From positions 1 to 64,000 of IMG/VR virus record IMGVR_UViG_3300010938_000009: a stretch of 64,000 bases of DNA; one strand, 5' to 3'. The translations under genes were made by a program, and so were the position numbers. Shown here piece by piece: positions 59,334-64,000 of this stretch. Source of the stretch: a virus. Every line of letters begins with the position of its first letter. Within the stretch, counting starts at the first letter, position 1. The notes beneath the pieces were generated by a model that saw only the letters and a list, made by a program, of their open reading frames with translations, was not told the DNA's origin and did not search any database.

Positions 59334-59577
59334 TATTAATTTCCTCTAATAAATCAGTTAAAGTAGCTATTGCAGATTTATGGAATACTACCTTATCTTT
59401 TAGAGACATTAATTCGTGAGCTGTTTTAATCTTTTCTTCTGTAGATATTGTACTGTTATTTTTTAGGTTGTCAAGTTTTTTCTGAATTTTAAGTAAAGAG
59501 CTATTACTACCGTTAATTTCTACCTTATGTTCAGATATTTTAGTATTTATAAGTTGTTGTAATTTATTAATCTCCAT
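59320..59577 (-). CDS. Hypothetical coiled-coil protein
   Basis: Coupled ORF. Confidence 0.5.
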   Translation of the reverse strand: MEINKLQQLINTKISEHKVEINGSNSSLLKIQKKLDNLKNNSTISTEEKIKTAHELMSLKDKVVFHKSAIATLTDLLEEINNERR

Positions 59578-59827
59578 ATAATTCCTTAGCTAACCTATTA
59601 CGTTTAAATACTATAACGTAAGTTGTACTAATAACTGTCATAGGTACTGAATAATGTAAAGGTGTACCATGAGTAGCAACACTATAGTTATTATCATAGT
59701 CTGTACTTACATTAGGTAGTATTTGTACTACTTCCCAACCTCTTTCTAAACTCTCACTTATACGGTAGTCTATACTAGAAGCTTTTATATCAGTTAGCGT
59801 ATAATATTCATACTCTAGTTCTTTCAT
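59567..59827 (-). CDS. DUF4177-like small protein with LAKELYGD tail
   Basis: EYEY...L..GWEVV...IVFKR then NRLAKELYGD. Confidence 0.55.
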   Translation of the reverse strand: MKELEYEYYTLTDIKASSIDYRISESLERGWEVVQILPNVSTDYDNNYSVATHGTPLHYSVPMTVISTTYVIVFKRNRLAKELYGD

Positions 59828-60381
59828 AAATATAAACTTTCTAACATTTCGTTATTAAAACCTAAATTGTATTCTTTATTCAATAAAAATAATAGTTTAT
59901 AATATAATTCTGTATATTTAGTTTCTTTTTTGAAGGCATTGGTGGAGCAGGAGGCGGCATGGGCGACATCAGCAGCAGTAAAGGCGGTATTGGCGATGGC
60001 GGCATAAGCGGCATAGGAGGTAGCATAGGCGGCATAGGCGGCGGCATAGGCGGAGTCCATGGTGGTTTCGGTGGTGGTGGCGGAGGTATAGGCAGTATAA
60101 GCGGCGGCATTGGCGGTATTGGCAGCGTTTTTTAAATCTTTTATTTTATCTTTAGTTGGATTTAAAATGTAATTTGCTAATAATTCCAAACAAATTTGCC
60201 TAGTTTTATAAACTTCAGGATATTTTTCTTTGTTGTAATATTGTTCTAAATTTAAAGCACATTGGTAAGCAAACTTTACTTTTAATAAATGCGGCAAACC
60301 TTTTATATTTAGAAGATTGGTAAGTTTAGTTTTATAGGTTAATTCTTTATTTTGAATAATTAAATTAATTTCAGTTTTCAT
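59824..60381 (-). CDS. Imm5-like protein with Ala/Tyr/Thr low-complexity insert
   Basis: FAYQCA..L......P....R...E...Y...AA.AA.AAAY pattern; ends NEMLESLYL. Confidence 0.55.
   Translation of the reverse strand: MKTEINLIIQNKELTYKTKLTNLLNIKGLPHLLKVKFAYQCALNLEQYYNKEKYPEVYKTRQICLELLANYILNPTKDKIKDLKNAANTANAAAYTAYTSATTTETTMDSAYAAAYAAYATSYAAYAAIANTAFTAADVAHAASCSTNAFKKETKYTELYYKLLFLLNKEYNLGFNNEMLESLYL
59932..60128 (-). repeat. GC-rich degenerate codon repeat (GCC/ACC/TCC/TAT)
   Basis: About 65 codons, nearly all NCC, NCT or NAT, in an AT-rich gene. Confidence 0.8.
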
Positions 60382-60383
60382 TC

Positions 60384-60923
60384 TTATCCCTTGAATATAA
60401 AAGGTACATTATAGTTTACTTTACCTTTATTACGTTTCACAAATACTTGCCACTTTATATTATAATCTTGTACTAATTTACTTTTAACTTTATAAATAGC
60501 TTGTCGGCTAACTCCTAAGTCTTTACCTACTTGAGTTAAAGTTTTATTATCAAAGTATATTTTTTCTAATACATCAATTTGATGAAAAGTTAATCTATTT
60601 CTATTTTCTTCTAAAAACTTACGCATTATTGCGTATTCACTTAATTTATTCAAACTGCTATAAAAATAATATTTTACTGTAGCAGCATTACTTAAGTTCA
60701 TAACTTCTGATATATATTTAAAGCTTTTATTTTCGTACATATACATTTTTACTATTTTTTCTTTTTTATTTGTTAAGACGTCCCAAGGTATTGAAATATC
60801 TGGTTCTGGTTCTGTAAATAACTCTTCTTCTAATGACTTAGGATCAGGTATATTACTTAAGTCCTTTCTATATACTAATGTTGGTTCTTTCTTCATTCGT
60901 CTTTCATCATTACTCATTTTCAT
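60384..60923 (-). CDS. Sigma-factor-like protein with two region-4 HTHs
   Basis: LT.KE..I..MY...KSF..IS..M and LT..Q..V....YF...T..QVG..LGVSRQAI. Confidence 0.7.
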   Translation of the reverse strand: MKMSNDERRMKKEPTLVYRKDLSNIPDPKSLEEELFTEPEPDISIPWDVLTNKKEKIVKMYMYENKSFKYISEVMNLSNAATVKYYFYSSLNKLSEYAIMRKFLEENRNRLTFHQIDVLEKIYFDNKTLTQVGKDLGVSRQAIYKVKSKLVQDYNIKWQVFVKRNKGKVNYNVPFIFKG

Positions 60924-60969
60924 TTCTTCCTTAAAATCTATAAGCTTCTCATAAGCTCTAATGTATTTA

Positions 60970-60998
60970 AGTATAAAGCAGTTTTAATATTAAGTCAA
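60970..60998 (-). promoter_or_regulatory. Sigma70-like promoter
   Basis: TTGACT-N17-TATACT. Confidence 0.65.
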
Positions 60999-61001
60999 GC
61001 T

Positions 61002-61340
61002 TTATTTAAGATAAAGTAATTTATCCATTTCATTTATCTCAAATTCTATCCCATCTTGGTTTTTAAGTACTTTATCATTTGCGTCTATAATGAATAAACT
61101 GACATGAGCTATAGTATTAAACCCATATGGTTCACTACTTAAGGGACTTATTACATCTAATATATCTTCTTTTCTAATAAGAAAATAGTGTTCTATAGTT
61201 TCAGGCCAATGGTCATCTAGTTTACTCGTAGAAAAGTATTTTCTTTCTACTATCAACTCTTTACCATATTTACTTTGATAATATAACCAAGCCTTCTTAA
61301 GTCTTAGATAAGCTGTCTTATTTTCCTTGGTTAGTTTCAT
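61002..61340 (-). CDS. Hypothetical protein with NEMDKLLYLK tail
   Basis: 112 aa ORF with SD AGGA. Confidence 0.55.
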   Translation of the reverse strand: MKLTKENKTAYLRLKKAWLYYQSKYGKELIVERKYFSTSKLDDHWPETIEHYFLIRKEDILDVISPLSSEPYGFNTIAHVSLFIIDANDKVLKNQDGIEFEINEMDKLLYLK

Positions 61341-61351
61341 ATTAAAATTCC

Positions 61352-61381
61352 TATAAAGTGTAAAAGATTAAAAGTATAAAG
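61352..61381 (-). repeat. Four 7-8 nt pyrimidine-rich units just after the FGE/CLec gene
   Basis: CTTTATA-CTTTTAAT-CTTTTACA-CTTTATA. Confidence 0.5.
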
Positions 61382-61383
61382 GA

Positions 61384-61961
61384 TCAAATTTTTGTTCTCA
61401 CCAGGCGGAACCCCACACTACGGCTGTGGAGAATGGGGTAGTCCCTATTGCAAAAAGCAGAACGCAAGCCCTGAGGGTCGCTGCACCAACCGCCCCCATG
61501 GAAAACACGAAGGGAACCACTATAAATACTAGAGGTCCATTCCCAAACGTTTCCGTGCATATCGTATAATCCCCATTTATTAGGTTTTTTAAGCCTACAG
61601 CTTGAGTTTTATGATTCGAGTTCTCATAAAACCAAACATAGTTAAATAATTCTTCTACGTCGTTGCCGAAGCAATACTCCGTCGTAGAACCAGCTCTGCA
61701 ACAATACTCCCACTCTTCTTCTGAAGGTAAACGGTAAATGTAATCTTTTTGTTTTAGATTTAATTGCTGAATTAAATCTAAGCAAGCGTTATAACTAACT
61801 TGTTCTATTGGATTACTTGTGCCTTTAAAATAACTGGGATTGTTTTGCATAAAAAACTCCCAAAGCTTTTGCGTAAATTGAGTAGTTTGAATTTCAAAAG
61901 CTTTGTTAGGGATTTTAACAAAATCAAACTCATATAACTGTTTTAATAATTCTTCATTCAT
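61384..61961 (-). CDS. FGE-sulfatase/CLec-fold protein split by a -1 frameshift at 61584-61590; DGR-target-like
   Basis: TQ..W...M..NPS.FKG...P.EQVS, YRLPSE.EWEY..RAG; -1 frame gives KKPNKWGLYDMHGNVWEW...RV..GG.W......RSA..........GFRL. Confidence 0.85.
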
Positions 61962-62391
61962 ATATTTTTAATGCTTTCTTTACCTTATTTAGATAATTAA
62001 AATTAATAATTAAACCTTTTTTATTATACCTTATACTACCTGCATTATAAGCTAGTATAGCTAAGTCTATGTCTTTATACCTAGTTAACTGGTACTTTAA
62101 ATATTTGGCGGCATAGTAAGCATTAGTATAAGGCTCTAATAATCCTAGTTTAGTGCCTTTATAGCCCATATCTTTAGCTGTAGGGTATTGTACCTGACAT
62201 AAACCCATACTATTATGTCCATTTCCATCGTTGTAGTTAATAGCTTTAGGATTATGACTACTTTCTACCCAACATATAGCTTTAAGTACTTTACTGTCAA
62301 CTCCTACTGTATTAGCAGCTTTAATTATAACGTCTGTTACAGCTAAAGCTTTAATAGATAGTAATGATAATAATATTATAGTTTTTGTCAT
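61954..62391 (-). CDS. Lytic transglycosylase (SLT) with signal peptide
   Basis: L.AI..VES..NP.A, GL.Q, L..P..N...A.YL, A..AYNAG. Confidence 0.88.
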   Translation of the reverse strand: MTKTIILLSLLSIKALAVTDVIIKAANTVGVDSKVLKAICWVESSHNPKAINYNDGNGHNSMGLCQVQYPTAKDMGYKGTKLGLLEPYTNAYYAAKYLKYQLTRYKDIDLAILAYNAGSIRYNKKGLIINFNYLNKVKKALKIYE

Positions 62392-62484
62392 AGGAAGTCA
62401 ATCGTTAGTTTTACCTATAATACCTATAAGTAATGTTATTACTATTAAAGTTAACATAGTTTTCTCTCCCAATGGTTTTCTATT

Positions 62485-62892
62485 TTATCTATTATAAGAG
62501 TTTCTAATAGTTAGAATACTAGAAAATATTATTTTGTTGCGACATTTTTGAGTAGCTTTTTTTCTTATAATATTTATCATATTCTTTTTGTATTTTTTTC
62601 CAGGTTTATTACAATTTTTATAAGTTTGTAAGTTACAATATTTTAATTGAATTGACTTTTCTCCTAAAAATACATATAAACCTAATACGTTAGTAAAAGA
62701 TTTTAAACCATAAGTATTAAATTCATTTGTTAAACTTTTATCTTTTTTTTCTATCTCTATATCTCTCTGTACTTTATATCTAGGATTTTTAATAGCTATA
62801 TAAGTTACTAGAGTTTTAGCCACTTTTTCTTCAACAGTAACAGGAAGCTCATATAGCTCTTTAAATAAATCTAGGTTAATTTTAGAGAACAT
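62485..62892 (-). CDS. Hypothetical protein
   Basis: 135 aa; N-terminal LDLFKELYE. Confidence 0.45.
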   Translation of the reverse strand: MFSKINLDLFKELYELPVTVEEKVAKTLVTYIAIKNPRYKVQRDIEIEKKDKSLTNEFNTYGLKSFTNVLGLYVFLGEKSIQLKYCNLQTYKNCNKPGKKYKKNMINIIRKKATQKCRNKIIFSSILTIRNSYNR

Positions 62893-62893
62893 T

Positions 62894-64000
62894 TTACTTC
62901 CTTTTCTGCACTTCTACTTTAGTTTTAGCTCCCCAATCATACTGCACTTTACAGTTAGGTAATAAAGCCCATAATACAGGGTATTTAGGTTTTTTTAGCT
63001 CATTACCTTCAAAGTTCATACCATCAGTAAAGTAAATTAAACCGTCTATTTCTAAGTCTTTACACTTATCAAATACAGGTTTAAATGCAGTACCACCTCT
63101 ACCTTTAAACTCAAACTTATGTTTAGGATCAAATTCTCCTATCCATTGAATTTTAGCATCACAAGCTATTAAAGTAATTTTAACGTCATCTCTATGTATT
63201 CTATCTACTTCCGCCATAAATTGATTTAAACACTCTGTATCAACTGAACCTGATTCGTCAATAGCTACTGCTAAGTGTAGTTTAGGATAAACTTTAGTTC
63301 CTGGAAAAATAATACCATAACGTCTATTTCTAGCTTTTCTTGAGGACTCAATAACTATTTCTGCTGTTTTAGCTACAAACCTTTGTAAGTCTTGTTTCCA
63401 GTTTTTAGGTTTATAATTAAGCCTATTAATAGCTTCAAGTATATCTCCAGGTAAATTACCTATACCGCCACTTTGTTCTACAGATTTATTAATTATAGAC
63501 TTTACCTTTTCAGTAACATATTCTTCATCGGGATTACCTTCAGCCCATAAACTATGATCATCAATTATTATAACTCCTTGTCCACCGCTTTGATTACCAT
63601 CTTTACTTTCTTCTTGCTTAAGAAATTCATAGTAATATTCCATATTTTGCCTATGTTCTATTCTAGGTATTTCTTTCTTTAAGTCTTCTACTAAACAAGG
63701 TCTACCTTCCATTGGTTTACCTGCATCTAGACTAGGATTAGGTATTTTATTACCATCTTTATCCATTATTTCAGTAGGATGACGCATTACATTACCTTCT
63801 TTATCAAACATTTGTAGTTTTTTAGGTAAATTAGGTAAATATTCATTAATAGCATAATCTGCGGCTCTGTTTAATCTATTAGCATCAAACATACTTTTAA
63901 TTTTATCAATTAAAGGTTTATCTTTTTCTAACATATTAGGTTCAAGGAAATTAAACCTGTGAAAGTGATTCATCATTACATGATAACAATTGTGTACAAG
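62894..64000 (-). CDS. DUF2201-type metallopeptidase-like plus VWA protein (5' end outside the window)
   Basis: N.AAD.AIN, D.H..W, W...L, AID.SGS, GRGGT.F.PVF, YFTDG, P.LW. Confidence 0.8.
   Translation of the reverse strand, partial: LVHNCYHVMMNHFHRFNFLEPNMLEKDKPLIDKIKSMFDANRLNRAADYAINEYLPNLPKKLQMFDKEGNVMRHPTEIMDKDGNKIPNPSLDAGKPMEGRPCLVEDLKKEIPRIEHRQNMEYYYEFLKQEESKDGNQSGGQGVIIIDDHSLWAEGNPDEEYVTEKVKSIINKSVEQSGGIGNLPGDILEAINRLNYKPKNWKQDLQRFVAKTAEIVIESSRKARNRRYGIIFPGTKVYPKLHLAVAIDESGSVDTECLNQFMAEVDRIHRDDVKITLIACDAKIQWIGEFDPKHKFEFKGRGGTAFKPVFDKCKDLEIDGLIYFTDGMNFEGNELKKPKYPVLWALLPNCKVQYDWGAKTKVEVQKRK

Noticed and set aside
59880-60110. Pro-rich 76-aa ORF
   Set aside because: It is an alternate-frame reading of the GCC/ACC island inside 59824..60381.
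1-64000. Complete DGR, retron or CRISPR array
   Set aside because: No RT motif in the ORF track, no template repeat and no regularly spaced direct repeats were seen. The Cas4-like nuclease sits with ERF as a recombination gene.

Overview
An AT-rich segment (about 30% GC, estimated by eye) of a large, probably lytic myovirus-type phage. No integrase, CRISPR array, capsid gene or reverse transcriptase was seen. The + strand (1-27.3 kb) carries a contractile-tail module in an eCIS/T4-like order: two gp19-type tube genes, a tail chaperone with a -1 frameshift, tape measure, tube initiator, gp53, hub, spike, gp25, large baseplate wedges and multi-domain fibres, then a ferritin-like protein and an M15 endolysin. 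The - strand (27.4-64 kb) carries replication, nucleotide-metabolism and accessory genes: ThyX, dNMP kinase, class II RNR, dUTPase, RuvC, RecA-like, CYTH, PolA with an intein, aminotransferase, two ClpP-like proteases, exonucleases, ligase, primase-helicase, ERF, a sigma-like factor, SLT, cytochrome c and an initiator-type tRNA. The main signals the ORF track does not explain are: (1) two start-less, in-frame alternative C-termini stacked behind the main fibre gene; (2) a recurrent [T/N]E[L/M]xKxLY[G/E] terminal peptide on unrelated small proteins and on collapsed gene remnants; (3) an FGE-sulfatase/CLec gene with a DGR-like variable region behind a -1 slippery site; (4) a GC-rich NCC/NAT codon island in an Imm5-like gene; (5) a HAD pseudogene with stops at probable Trp codons. 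All family calls come from motif recognition by eye, not from database searches.
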